This document shows, one piece after another, positions 8,422 to 18,060 of a stretch of DNA of 64,000 bases. The DNA lies in assembly GCA_036170915.1 (NCBI GenBank), contig JAVHQC010000022.1, positions 1-64,000 of the forward strand, in the 5' to 3' direction. The position numbers and the translations under genes are program-made. Positions within the stretch are counted from its first letter, which is position 1. Every line of letters begins with the position of its first letter. Below the pieces are notes generated by a model. That model had not been told where the DNA came from. It saw only the letters and a list, made by a program, of their open reading frames with translations, and made no database searches. The stretch is from Cyanobacteria bacterium auto_48_18 (GTDB lineage: Bacteria; Cyanobacteriota; Vampirovibrionia; Obscuribacterales; Obscuribacteraceae).

Positions 8422-9291
8422 TTAGAAGAGACGAGCACCGGCGAACTGCCAGGCGTAACGCGTGGCACCATCCGGATAGAAAATAATCTGCCTCATTTCT
8501 TCCGACCGTGGCTGGACGGTGAGGCAGTTGGTGATGCAGACGTTCTGGCCGCCGATGTCGTAGACAGTGGCGCCATGAGCCAGCTCGAGAATTTCGGAGC
8601 CGTTTTCACTGAGATATGCGTTGCAGTCGACAACCAGCTGCTCGTCGACGGCATGCTCGGTGGTCCACTTGTAGATGCTCTCGTTCTCGCTCTTGTCTGG
8701 CTTGGTGACGGGGCGGAAGGTGAGCTGGTCGACACCATTGGTGGTGGCGAAGGCGATCATCTTCTTCACTTCGTCCACGCTATCGAGGTAACCTTTGACC
8801 ATGACAGTTGCCAGACGTACAGTGAATTTCATCGCCTTGAGCTTGGCGATCAAAGCCGGCAAGTCCTGATACTCGCGGTGAGGCGTGTAAATAGACTTGT
8901 TCTTGGCGCGGTCGTAGTGCACCACAGAGATGGCAATGGTGGTCAGGCCGAGGTCATACCACTTCTGCAGAACAGCGTCGCTGACGCGGCCGTCGGCGAT
9001 GAGCAAACCATTGGTCTGCAGCTCGATGATGGGAAAGTTGAAAGGCTGAAGCTCTTCGAGAAACTTGGTCACCTGGCCGGGAAAGATCGTGGGTTCACCT
9101 TTGGAGGTGATCATGGCTGTGGAGCAGCCGCCATCTCGAGCCAATTGAGAGGCCTTGCGGAAATTGCGCCAGTTCACTTCCGGCTCTTTGGTGCCGATGC
9201 CGTTGGCAGGTGTCATGGGCGCCACACAGAATGGGCACCGGGCGTTGCATGCCAGCGAGCCGGCGACGATGCTGAAGGTCAATACTTTCAT
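8422..9291 (-). CDS. Radical SAM enzyme of unknown function
   Basis: CNARCPFC (CxxxCxxC), ITSKGEPT and ELQTNG motifs; 289 aa; no SPASM domain. Confidence 0.9.
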   Translation of the reverse strand: MKVLTFSIVAGSLACNARCPFCVAPMTPANGIGTKEPEVNWRNFRKASQLARDGGCSTAMITSKGEPTIFPGQVTKFLEELQPFNFPIIELQTNGLLIADGRVSDAVLQKWYDLGLTTIAISVVHYDRAKNKSIYTPHREYQDLPALIAKLKAMKFTVRLATVMVKGYLDSVDEVKKMIAFATTNGVDQLTFRPVTKPDKSENESIYKWTTEHAVDEQLVVDCNAYLSENGSEILELAHGATVYDIGGQNVCITNCLTVQPRSEEMRQIIFYPDGATRYAWQFAGARLF

Positions 9292-9317
9292 AGATTTTTT
9301 CCGTTTGGTTGTTGTTG

Positions 9318-10316
9318 TCAGGAAATTTTCAGCAAACGCTTCACCCAGCCTTTGAAGGCCGAGTTAGCGGGCTGCTTTTGTGATTGCTCATCGATGTAGG
9401 GCTGGTGGCAAGCAGCGTCAACGAAGGCGTTGATACTGCTCTCAGCTGCTTCGATGGTGAGCACCGAGCCGCGAGGAAAAGCGTGCTGGATGTGATCGCC
9501 GTCGATGTAGATGCGTCCGTCTTGCATTTGCGAGACGATTTCGAGTTTTTCGCCGCGCTGCATCAGGCCGCTGCGAAATTGATGCTCCTCGCCGAAACGC
9601 AAGAATGGAGCGCGTTCCAGGTACGCAAACCTCGTGTCGTCGATGGGCAGCACAGGGCCACCTTCCGAGCGCAAGAAGCCTGTGGAGCCGGCGGGAGTAG
9701 AAACGAGCAAACCGGAACACTTGTGAATCTCAGTCTGACCGTGCGCCGTGATGTGGTATCGACTGGTGCCGGCAGGCTGCTCATGGGCGACCAGCACTTC
9801 GTTGAGAACGAGCTCACTGAGAGCTTTGCCGTCGATGGCGAGTTTCAAGCGCAGCAACTGCACGGGTTGGCGCCGATTCTCGATGATGCTTACGAAAACA
9901 GCCAGAAACGTGTTGCGGTCGCAAACACAGTAATGGCCGAAGCTGGTAATTGGCGCCGAATTGACACCGAGAACGGGCGTGCCGTCTTTGATGTCGTGCG
10001 ACGCTGTGAGGAAAGTGCCGTCTCCACCGAGGGTGATGACGAGATTGGCCTGGGCCAGCTTTTCTTGCAAGGCGATGTCACGACGATTGACCACCGAAAA
10101 GCTGATGCCGAACTGCTGCAGCACCGAGGTGACATGGTTCAAGGTGGCGGTGTGCTGTGCATGCGACTCGGCAACAGACTCAAGACCTGGTGACTTTTTG
10201 GCGATTTCCAGCAGCTGGTGCTGATCGTTTGCCGCTTGTACGAGTTCCAGGTACGTCTCTTTGACGATTACCAGAACGCGAAGCGAGCTTTTTTGAAATG
10301 GTTTGTTTTGATTCAT
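9318..10316 (-). CDS. NAD(H) kinase
   Basis: GGDGTFL, LNE and SGLLVSTPAGSTG motifs; SG in place of the usual DG resembles the NADK3/NADK2-like subgroup. Confidence 0.9.
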   Translation of the reverse strand: MNQNKPFQKSSLRVLVIVKETYLELVQAANDQHQLLEIAKKSPGLESVAESHAQHTATLNHVTSVLQQFGISFSVVNRRDIALQEKLAQANLVITLGGDGTFLTASHDIKDGTPVLGVNSAPITSFGHYCVCDRNTFLAVFVSIIENRRQPVQLLRLKLAIDGKALSELVLNEVLVAHEQPAGTSRYHITAHGQTEIHKCSGLLVSTPAGSTGFLRSEGGPVLPIDDTRFAYLERAPFLRFGEEHQFRSGLMQRGEKLEIVSQMQDGRIYIDGDHIQHAFPRGSVLTIEAAESSINAFVDAACHQPYIDEQSQKQPANSAFKGWVKRLLKIS

Positions 10317-10717
10317 GGGACCTGCTCTCTTGAGGTTTGTTGAATGTTTAAGACCAATTCGTCAAAGCAAATGCCAAGCCAGCCGATAGTCATAAGCAGA
10401 CAGAGCCGGCACCGGTTGCGGAACTCAAAAGATCCGGGACGCGGTGCAGACAGGGCTGATTACTTCTAAAGGGTTTTTTCTGGCTTGAATTTGAATTGAG
10501 ATTGAGTAGAACTCAAACTTATAAGTTTTCAAGAGCGCCAGGCAAGGAGATTAGGCCAATTGCTTTTAATAAATTGCTTTTGATCAGTTCGTATAGCTTA
10601 ATAACTCGGGCGCGCTGCCCGTATATAAGCGTTGACGCGCTTAGTCAGCTGGCGCAGCCAATTCGATTAGAGGGCTGTAAGCTGGCGCGGCTAGCGCTTG
10701 TACTAGCTGCAGCTGGT

Positions 10718-10975
10718 CTATTCAGGCAGGAAGTGCGTTCCGGAGGGGGCAAGTTGTTGTGCTTCTAAAAATTGGACAGCTTTGTCCCGCTTTGCCGACA
10801 CCAAAAGTTCTATGGCCATACCGCAAATCGATTGCGACAGGCCGGGAGGTGTTGGTGTCGGACGACAGCGCAATTCATCGTCGCCGCTGTCACGCAATGC
10901 TCGTTCTGCAGCAAGCACCTGGTGCAAGGTAGAAAAAGTAAGAATCAATCGGCCGCTGGCGGAGTTCTGGGTCAT
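10718..10975 (-). CDS. DUF3343-family small protein (putative S/Se carrier-like)
   Basis: TFSTLHQVLAAERAL...PTP..LS.SICGMAI pattern. Confidence 0.8.
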   Translation of the reverse strand: MTQNSASGRLILTFSTLHQVLAAERALRDSGDDELRCRPTPTPPGLSQSICGMAIELLVSAKRDKAVQFLEAQQLAPSGTHFLPE

Positions 10976-11244
10976 ATTGCGGCGATTTTACCTCGCTTTG
11001 GCTGGCTTGCTTCATGCTTTCGTTATGCCTTGTTACAAGGCACTTCCTAATTTCTCCAAGCGCCTTGTAGCTATTCGTATATGACTGCGACTTGAATTTG
11101 CGATTTATATGCCGGTTTAAGCACAGACATCAGGGGGAAAGTAAGGAGCAGGTAAAATATTGGGGAAAGTCTTCCCAGCCGCCCAAAACGGGCACCCGCG
11201 CTGCATTCCCTGTGTTATAGTGGAGAGAGTAAAGAGAGGGATCT

Positions 11245-11463
11245 ATGCAATATTTCCTTTGTCCGCGTTGTCAATTTAAAGTGCAAGCGAACAAACATAT
11301 CTGTCAAACTTGTGGCAATAAGTTTGCTCCTGCGGCCCCTGCCAGTGGTGGCACGGGTGGTGCGGCGCCGCGTGCAATCGTCAATCCATTCGCCAAACTG
11401 CTTAAGTTAGACAATCAGTCAAAGCAGAAAGAAGCTGCTCAAGAGAAGCCTGCGCTCGGATAA
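11245..11463 (+). CDS. Small zinc-ribbon protein
   Basis: CPRC...CQTC; GAGGG RBS; terminator follows. Confidence 0.75.
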   Translation: MQYFLCPRCQFKVQANKHICQTCGNKFAPAAPASGGTGGAAPRAIVNPFAKLLKLDNQSKQKEAAQEKPALG

Positions 11464-11484
11464 CTGTGCAGCCGAAAAAAGTTT

Positions 11485-11515
11485 AGAAGGCGGTCTCAAT
11501 GGCCGTCTTTTTTTT
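11485..11515 (+). terminator. Rho-independent terminator
   Basis: AGAAGGCGGTC-TCAAT-GGCCGTCTTTT plus a T run. Confidence 0.75.
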
Positions 11516-11695
11516 GTTTAAAAACGCTTGCCACAAGTTTTTAGATTTGGCGCACCGCCTGTGGTAGCAGTATTGCAATCTGCAAGTTTTGAGCGGTGAA
11601 GTGTCACAGATAGCCTTTACGAATAAATTCTAACGGTGGCCGGCAGCCTGGCGTTGCAAAGAGCATAATAGACTTACGGGTAAGAGTTCAGAATA

Positions 11696-12286
11696 ATGAA
11701 AATGGAAGAAAAACCGCAGCCGCAACTTGACCCAAAGGGCAGTTCTTCACTGTGGTTTTACGGGCGTATGTTTCTCTTGCTTTTGATCATACCGATCGTG
11801 CCTTTTCTCATCCGCATTTTTCTGGAGGCGGCGATTTGGCGCTATGTTTTTTCTGGGGTAACAGGCATCGTTTTTGTGGGTGATTTGCGCGAAGCCCTGG
11901 CAATATCTCTTACTCTGCAAGTACTAATCATATTTATGAATCTAGTTCTGAAGGTAGCAGCTCAGGCTTTTGCCATGTTGAGTGGAAAAACAAAAGCTCC
12001 GGATGTACAGACTAAAACATTAGCCACAGAAGAGAGCCTGGCAGCGCTTGCTAAAGGTGATCCGCGTTCCACTGTGCGCATTTTGACCTGGCGCTTTTTG
12101 TGCACCGCGTCGGTGTTGGCCGCGCTTTGTCGCGTCTTGCCCACCCATCTTGCTTTTGCCTCGCCGCTTTACTTACTAGGCGCAGCGGGGCTTTTGACTG
12201 TAGTTTATTATTTGCAGCTTGCATTCTTGCGCGAAACAATGGTGCTTCTGTTTGGAAAAATCAAGGAGTATAAATTGACTAGATGA
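11696..12286 (+). CDS. Hypothetical multi-pass membrane protein
   Basis: 196 aa with several hydrophobic segments. Confidence 0.65.
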   Translation: MKMEEKPQPQLDPKGSSSLWFYGRMFLLLLIIPIVPFLIRIFLEAAIWRYVFSGVTGIVFVGDLREALAISLTLQVLIIFMNLVLKVAAQAFAMLSGKTKAPDVQTKTLATEESLAALAKGDPRSTVRILTWRFLCTASVLAALCRVLPTHLAFASPLYLLGAAGLLTVVYYLQLAFLRETMVLLFGKIKEYKLTR

Positions 12287-12833
12287 GCGGCTTTAGCTGG
12301 CGCATCAAAACGTAATTAGTACGGGCGAGCAAATAATCCACATTAGGGTCAGCAATCTGAATTTGTGATTGGAAGAGGCTTGGGTCTGAAGGCAAATAGC
12401 GCCAGATGATCTTTGTGCCCTCGCCAACTTTAGTGACGTCTGCTCTTACCGTCATCATCAATTTAGTTTCTTTGCCTTGATCGCCGGTGAAATTGCTCTT
12501 AATTGTCGATTTACGGCTTAATTCAATCTCGGTCACCCCTTCAACGCGAATGGATGGCTCAATGGGATCGGTGATGGTGATCACTTTAATGTTGTATTTA
12601 AAGTTGCGGTGGTGCAATGTCAGCGCTCGTTGCACTGAAGCGGAAGCAATATGCAGGGGTTGTTTGCTCTGGATGGCCGCGGGAGTATAGGCCACTTTTC
12701 CTAACCTGGCCTCGGTGACCGTGCGCAGCCAGTTAAGCTCAATCAGTGCCCAGATTCGCGGTACGACAAAAATCAAGACCACCAGCAGGCAGGCTATGTT
12801 GATCAGTGTCTCGAGGTGTAAAGGTCCTAACAA
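12279..12833 (-). CDS. Hypothetical single-TM protein
   Basis: 184 aa; N-terminal TM; follows the lytic transglycosylase on the same strand. Confidence 0.65.
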   Translation of the reverse strand: MLGPLHLETLINIACLLVVLIFVVPRIWALIELNWLRTVTEARLGKVAYTPAAIQSKQPLHIASASVQRALTLHHRNFKYNIKVITITDPIEPSIRVEGVTEIELSRKSTIKSNFTGDQGKETKLMMTVRADVTKVGEGTKIIWRYLPSDPSLFQSQIQIADPNVDYLLARTNYVLMRQLKPLI

Positions 12834-12910
12834 AGAACGTTCCTACAAACTAGCAGCCAATTTGATTTTATCTTCAGAGCTTATCTCTAGAGCTTACCGT
12901 ACTTATACCC

Positions 12911-15280
12911 TTAGTAGAGATTTTCGTATACAAAATAGCTGCCGAAAACCTTGCGAACGTAGTCTCTGGTCTCGCGATAAGGAATTTCTTCCACGAAATA
13001 ATCCCAGTCGCTGCCACCGGCTGCGTGGAAGCGATCTACCCAACTTTTGACTGCGTTTGGACCGCCGTTGTAACTGGCTACAGCCAGCATGGCGTTGCCA
13101 TTGAAGCGTTTCAAAGTGTATTCGAGGTAGGCGGTGCCAAGTTTGATATTGTTGTCAGGAATAAAAATATCGTTTTTCTCGACGATTGGTACATTGATGC
13201 GTTTGGCGACACCAATGGCGGTGGCAGGGAGTAACTGCATTAAGCCCATTGCCTGAGAGCGACTTAGCGCTCTGGGGAAATAACGCGACTCTTCACGAAT
13301 CAAAGCATGAATCAAATAAGGGTCAACTTTGCGCAGCTGGCCTTGTTCTTTTATGCGAGCGGCATACGCCCATGGATAATCTATTTGCCACAATGGCGAG
13401 CGGTTCGGCTTGCCGTCCAGATCTTTGCCAGCGGCGCGAATGCCTTCCATAATCAAACCCTGGTTGAGTAAAAGCCAGGCGCGGAAACCGGCCAGGTCTT
13501 CGCGCAAGCTGGGATTTTCTTTTCCGGAAGCGGCACCGAGAGCTTGCTGACATTCGTCCATCTGGCGAGCGGCGGCCAGCAGTGCCACCTCTGGTCCGGC
13601 AAAGCGAGCAATTTTCTCTATGTCAAACAGTGCCGGCGGCTCAGGCCAACTCCAGTTGACGGTGCTATCAGGACGATCGGCTCTGGTCGACCAGCCTCTG
13701 TCACGGCGCTTTTCTGGAGGAGCACTTAAATATGCTAAACGAGCTTGCGCGCGGTGGCCGTAATAGTTAGCTGGATAACGAGCGAAGGCTTGCTGATAAA
13801 GACCTTTTGCCCGGGCATGGTCGCCGAGATGTTCATGGATTTTTCCGGCCCAAAACAGAAAACGAGCAGCTGACCTGTGCGTGTGATAAATCTTGGCTGT
13901 GTTTTCTGCCGAGTTGGCAAGCTCAATTGCCATGGCCTTATTTTTCACTATGCCGCTCGGATAGATGTTTTTCAGGCTATGCCAGAACATCCACCACATT
14001 GCTTCTGGAGCGTGCTCAGAAGTGGGATACTGTTCGACTAGACGTCGAAACAGAGGCCTGGCCTCTTGATCTGTGGAGCGGATGGCGATGTTCCACAAAG
14101 CGTGATCGAGCTTAACGGGTTTTAGAGCGAGAATTTGTTTCCAGACTTGTGCGGTTTCGGCACGTGTGAGCGGGCCAGTAACAACGTCAGCAAAATCATC
14201 ATAATAGGTAGATTCTGGTGATTGTTTAATGGCTAGCAGCAAGGCGGCGATTGCTTCTGCTTTGCGGTGCAATTTTGCCTGGCACTGGGCCTTGCGAAAC
14301 TGATTATTGGTGGTGCCGGATTTTTCAAATGCAGCTAAGGCCTTGGCGTAATCGCCTTTGCGGTAATAGACAAGGCCAATGCGATCCAGATCTACTGGCG
14401 TGAGAATGGCGCCCTTAGAACTCATGGCCAGTAGTTTATCGGCAACCTCAGCTGAAAACCGCCCGCTCAAGCTATCTTTCAAATAGTCGCTAAAGTAAGC
14501 TTGCGCCTGGGTGGAATTAGCACCAGAATCAATACTAGAAGCAGCACTAGCACTGGTATCTGTTAAAGCCATCTGGCCAAGATAATAATTGGCGGCGGTG
14601 GCGTATTCGGTGCCTAAATGTTTTGTGCGCAATGTCAAAAACAGTTCTTTTGCATGTGCAGTGTCTTGCTCGCGCATAAATGACTGCGCCAGTTCGTAAA
14701 GAGCGCGTGCCTGGGCATCAGGCTTTGCCGCTGGATCGCGTAAAATGCGCTCCACGAATTCACGAATTTTCTTTTCATCGCCTTGCACGGTCAACACTTC
14801 GGCAGTGTGCCACATTGATGGAATATGCAGCAGCGGCAGATTTTGTGACTGGCTAAACATCACCATTGCTTCGTTTTGGTCGGCACCGAATTGACCGCGG
14901 GCAAGCAGCCGGCCAAGTGCGTAAGAGGCCGCCAATTTTTCAGTTCTATTGCCACCATCACCCTGTACAAAACTGCGCAGTTTGTTTATTGACGCGTCTT
15001 TTGCTTCCAGCCCCAACCTGCCTATGGCACCCGTGTAAGCGGGTGATGGATTTTGCCATAAGAGCATAATTTCTCTGGGAATTTGATGCGCAACGGGTGC
15101 AGATTCGCCTGTACTTGAGCTGTGTTTCATTGTCACCGGCCCTGCCAGCGATTTTGGCGGCGCAGCCAGACAGGGCGCCCAATTTGAAATGTTCAACGAA
15201 AATGCATAGAGGCCAGAAAGCAGGCCACATGTGCCGGCTGAAATGGCAATCGCCTCAGCTAATCTCTTTTTCTTGATCAT
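12911..15280 (-). CDS. slt: Soluble lytic murein transglycosylase with TPR repeats
   Basis: ALIREES, AMGLMQLLPATA, ASYNGGP and ETRDYVRKV SLT motifs; start 15280 or 15298. Confidence 0.9.
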   Translation of the reverse strand: MIKKKRLAEAIAISAGTCGLLSGLYAFSLNISNWAPCLAAPPKSLAGPVTMKHSSSTGESAPVAHQIPREIMLLWQNPSPAYTGAIGRLGLEAKDASINKLRSFVQGDGGNRTEKLAASYALGRLLARGQFGADQNEAMVMFSQSQNLPLLHIPSMWHTAEVLTVQGDEKKIREFVERILRDPAAKPDAQARALYELAQSFMREQDTAHAKELFLTLRTKHLGTEYATAANYYLGQMALTDTSASAASSIDSGANSTQAQAYFSDYLKDSLSGRFSAEVADKLLAMSSKGAILTPVDLDRIGLVYYRKGDYAKALAAFEKSGTTNNQFRKAQCQAKLHRKAEAIAALLLAIKQSPESTYYDDFADVVTGPLTRAETAQVWKQILALKPVKLDHALWNIAIRSTDQEARPLFRRLVEQYPTSEHAPEAMWWMFWHSLKNIYPSGIVKNKAMAIELANSAENTAKIYHTHRSAARFLFWAGKIHEHLGDHARAKGLYQQAFARYPANYYGHRAQARLAYLSAPPEKRRDRGWSTRADRPDSTVNWSWPEPPALFDIEKIARFAGPEVALLAAARQMDECQQALGAASGKENPSLREDLAGFRAWLLLNQGLIMEGIRAAGKDLDGKPNRSPLWQIDYPWAYAARIKEQGQLRKVDPYLIHALIREESRYFPRALSRSQAMGLMQLLPATAIGVAKRINVPIVEKNDIFIPDNNIKLGTAYLEYTLKRFNGNAMLAVASYNGGPNAVKSWVDRFHAAGGSDWDYFVEEIPYRETRDYVRKVFGSYFVYENLY

Positions 15281-15335
15281 TTCTATTTCTAAAACCAATG
15301 CTTGCCTTCAGCAAGGCAAACTCCCCGACAGGAAA

Positions 15336-16622
15336 ATGCTAGCATCTCTTACGGTCTTGCGCCTTTATTCAGGTTTCCTCTTGAGTCCATACTTTGACAA
15401 CGCTGCTACGTCTCATCCTAAGCCTGAGCAGGTTTATCAGGCCAGCAGCGAAGCGTTGCGTAAAGGCGGCAGCCCCGGGCGAGGTGCACATAGAGTGGCG
15501 CTTGACGCCGGACGGCTGCAGTTTGACGGCAGAAGTAACATCGCTAAATATCTCGGCATTAAGGACAGCAGTCGCTTGATATTTACCAGCGGCTGCACGG
15601 CGGCCATCAATCTGGTCTTGAACGGTCTGGTAGCGGCTGGGCGTCTGCAAGCGGGAACCACTGTTTTGGTCAGCTCTTTCGAGCACAATGCAGTGATGCG
15701 TCCGCTTACAGCTATTGCTCTGCAACTGAATCTCAATATAGTGACTGTGCCTCCGTTGCCGTCTGGACTTTTACCTGGGCAATCAGGCGCCATGGTTGAC
15801 CTTAAATTACTGGCCGAGCTACTTGATTTACATAAGCCTGCTTTGTGTGTTTTTACCAGAGCAAGCAATGTCACCGGAGAAGTCCTCGATCTCGAATCAA
15901 TTAGCTCGTTTCTAGCCGATCGGGGCATTCCGCTTTTAGTAGATGCAGCGCAAAGCGCCGGTTACGTTCTTGAATCGCTTTCGTCTAATTCTGCAGTTTC
16001 TTTTTGGGTGACATCGGGCCACAAAGGACTGCTCGGCCCATCAGGCATTGGACTTCTCTATTTGAAAGAGGGAGAAGAGCTGGGTCTGACGAACTATGGC
16101 GGCACTGGCTCTAATTCGAATTCTTTTGATATGCCAGATGCCTTACCCGATAGGTTTGAACCAGGAACGGCCGCACCGCATCTAGTGTCAGGTCTGACCG
16201 CCGGTGTCAATTTTGCTGCCGCGCAAGCCGGAGCATTGCATCAAAATCAAGAGAGTCTAACGCTAAAACTTTTGCAGCGATTGGCAGATTTGGATAAGAA
16301 AAAAGGCCTTGGCTCCATTGAGCTTCCTGGTCGCCCTACCTGGCTCTTCAAAGCTTCTGAAGGTGAGCGCTTAAAGAGTTGCAAGCACTTTTTGCCTGTG
16401 TTTTCGCTGTCTTTTGCCAAGCTTGGAATAACTCCCGACCGGGTGGCGCAAAAACTAGACCACGATTTTGACATTGCCACGCGTCCAGGTTTGCACTGTG
16501 CACTTCTGGCGCATCAAACGTTAGGAACTACTGAACAAGGGCTTCTGCGTGTTAGTTTTGGCGCGTTTACTACTGCCGGTGAAGTTGATTCGTTGATTGA
16601 TGGCTTGACGAGGATTTTATAA
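15336..16622 (+). CDS. Class V PLP enzyme, cysteine desulfurase/selenocysteine lyase-like
   Basis: YFDNAATSHPKP, SPGRGAH, DAAQSAG, SGHKGLLGP, RPGLHCA, RVSFG; start at ATG 15336 or TTG 15381. Confidence 0.9.
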   Translation: MLASLTVLRLYSGFLLSPYFDNAATSHPKPEQVYQASSEALRKGGSPGRGAHRVALDAGRLQFDGRSNIAKYLGIKDSSRLIFTSGCTAAINLVLNGLVAAGRLQAGTTVLVSSFEHNAVMRPLTAIALQLNLNIVTVPPLPSGLLPGQSGAMVDLKLLAELLDLHKPALCVFTRASNVTGEVLDLESISSFLADRGIPLLVDAAQSAGYVLESLSSNSAVSFWVTSGHKGLLGPSGIGLLYLKEGEELGLTNYGGTGSNSNSFDMPDALPDRFEPGTAAPHLVSGLTAGVNFAAAQAGALHQNQESLTLKLLQRLADLDKKKGLGSIELPGRPTWLFKASEGERLKSCKHFLPVFSLSFAKLGITPDRVAQKLDHDFDIATRPGLHCALLAHQTLGTTEQGLLRVSFGAFTTAGEVDSLIDGLTRIL

Positions 16623-16624
16623 AG

Positions 16625-17224
16625 GTGGGTTATTACGTTCGAGTTTTAAGTACTTCTGCCGAATGTGTTTCGCTAGAGAAACTGAAGATGGCCGTTCAAT
16701 CTGTTGGCACTGGCGCGCGAATCGAGGGTGAAGTTAACGCTGCTGGCGTCTGGAGACAATTAATATTGTACGGTGCTGATAGTATTGAAATTTGCAATCT
16801 GGAGCGCTCGCTCATCGACGAGGAAGATTCTCTCGGTGCCGAAGAATTGGACGAGTACGGTGATCAAATTTCTGACTGTAAACCAGAGTCAGCGGTCGCT
16901 TACCTAACCGAATATTTTGATAAAGTTCGCTGCGTATATTCTTTTCAAGTTTTAAAAGGTGCCTGGATCGCTGATGGTTGGGATATTCTTGACAAAATTC
17001 GAGAGGTTGTTTTTGAACATGCTCCGTCAATAATGCAGGCCGACGATGAAGGTTTTACGAATGAGCAAGGTTTTCATATTCTTTGGCAATTTCATGATGA
17101 CGTTGAAGGGCCTTTGGAAGCGGCAGTTTTGCTTGAAGGACATTGGCATACCTTCGAAATGGATTTAGGCAATGCAGAACATCGCGAAGCTTTTTGCCGT
17201 GGCGAAATTGTTGTCAAAAATTAG
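16625..17224 (+). CDS. Acidic hypothetical protein
   Basis: 199-aa ORF starting 2 nt after the desulfurase stop. Confidence 0.75.
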   Translation: MGYYVRVLSTSAECVSLEKLKMAVQSVGTGARIEGEVNAAGVWRQLILYGADSIEICNLERSLIDEEDSLGAEELDEYGDQISDCKPESAVAYLTEYFDKVRCVYSFQVLKGAWIADGWDILDKIREVVFEHAPSIMQADDEGFTNEQGFHILWQFHDDVEGPLEAAVLLEGHWHTFEMDLGNAEHREAFCRGEIVVKN

Positions 17225-17271
17225 CGCATTTGGCACTCAAAGACACACTCTATCTATAGCGAGACCAAATT

Positions 17272-18042
17272 ATGCAATCTCCAATAATCCTCGACAGACT
17301 TAAAAGTTTAAATATTGATGCATCAAACTTAAAAGCTAACGAGGTCAGTGGCGGCGCCATTTATTCCATTGCGATTGATGCGCAAAACCTAACGAGCACC
17401 TGGCAGTCACTGCGCGCAGTCGCAGATGAAGCAAAATATTGGCCGGTTTTTGTTAAAGACGAGGATATGCTAGAACAGCTCATTGCCTCATTGGAACAGT
17501 CCTTGGCAGAGGGTAAAAGTGTCGCGCAGTCAATTGAAAAAAGCCGTGAAATTGACTTTAGAAGCTGGGTTGAGTCCAGGAAATTAGAATGTGAACTCGA
17601 CGAATATATGGGCGATGGGCCTGAAGACAGCGAGCCCTTGAACGATCTCACCCAGATACGCGAGTTTACGTTAGACAAAGATTCTATGCCTGTATTTACC
17701 GCGTTAGATAGAGTTCTTCTTTTGCTTGTACCCATCGAAAATTCATGGCATTTGCCAGCATTTTTTCAATATGGTGGTTGGAACTTCCATCCGGATGCAG
17801 CAACCCATACAGCTGCTTTCAAGCACTGGCATGAAAAGTATGGCGCTGAGCCCGTTTTTATTGCTGATGACACGCTCGAATTTTTTGTTTCCAATCCACC
17901 TAGAAGTCAGGGCGATGCTATGACGTTGGCAATTGAACATTTCATGTATTGTGAAGACCGCGTCACTCAAGGAGAGGCCACAGTTTCTAGGCTTGCAGGA
18001 GCGTTAATGGATGCCACAGTTTGGTATTTTTGGTTTGACTGA
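17272..18042 (+). CDS. DUF4253-domain protein
   Basis: GGWN..P, HWHEKYGAEP, DTLEF, EHFMYC and C-terminal WYFWFD. Confidence 0.85.
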   Translation: MQSPIILDRLKSLNIDASNLKANEVSGGAIYSIAIDAQNLTSTWQSLRAVADEAKYWPVFVKDEDMLEQLIASLEQSLAEGKSVAQSIEKSREIDFRSWVESRKLECELDEYMGDGPEDSEPLNDLTQIREFTLDKDSMPVFTALDRVLLLLVPIENSWHLPAFFQYGGWNFHPDAATHTAAFKHWHEKYGAEPVFIADDTLEFFVSNPPRSQGDAMTLAIEHFMYCEDRVTQGEATVSRLAGALMDATVWYFWFD

Positions 18043-18060
18043 ATAGATTTTTATCGAACT

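Noticed and set aside
9292..9320. Possible TGA read-through fusing NAD kinase to radical SAM
   Set aside because: The two ORFs are 26 bp apart and out of frame.
8233..10193. 388-aa and 269-aa plus-strand ORFs
   Set aside because: Antisense to the clear radical SAM and NAD kinase genes.
3627..11084. Recurrent TCGTATA(T) in intergenic DNA (3627, 7770, 10589, 11076)
   Set aside because: Short motif with no consistent -35 partner or spacing to start codons; cannot be separated from chance by eye.
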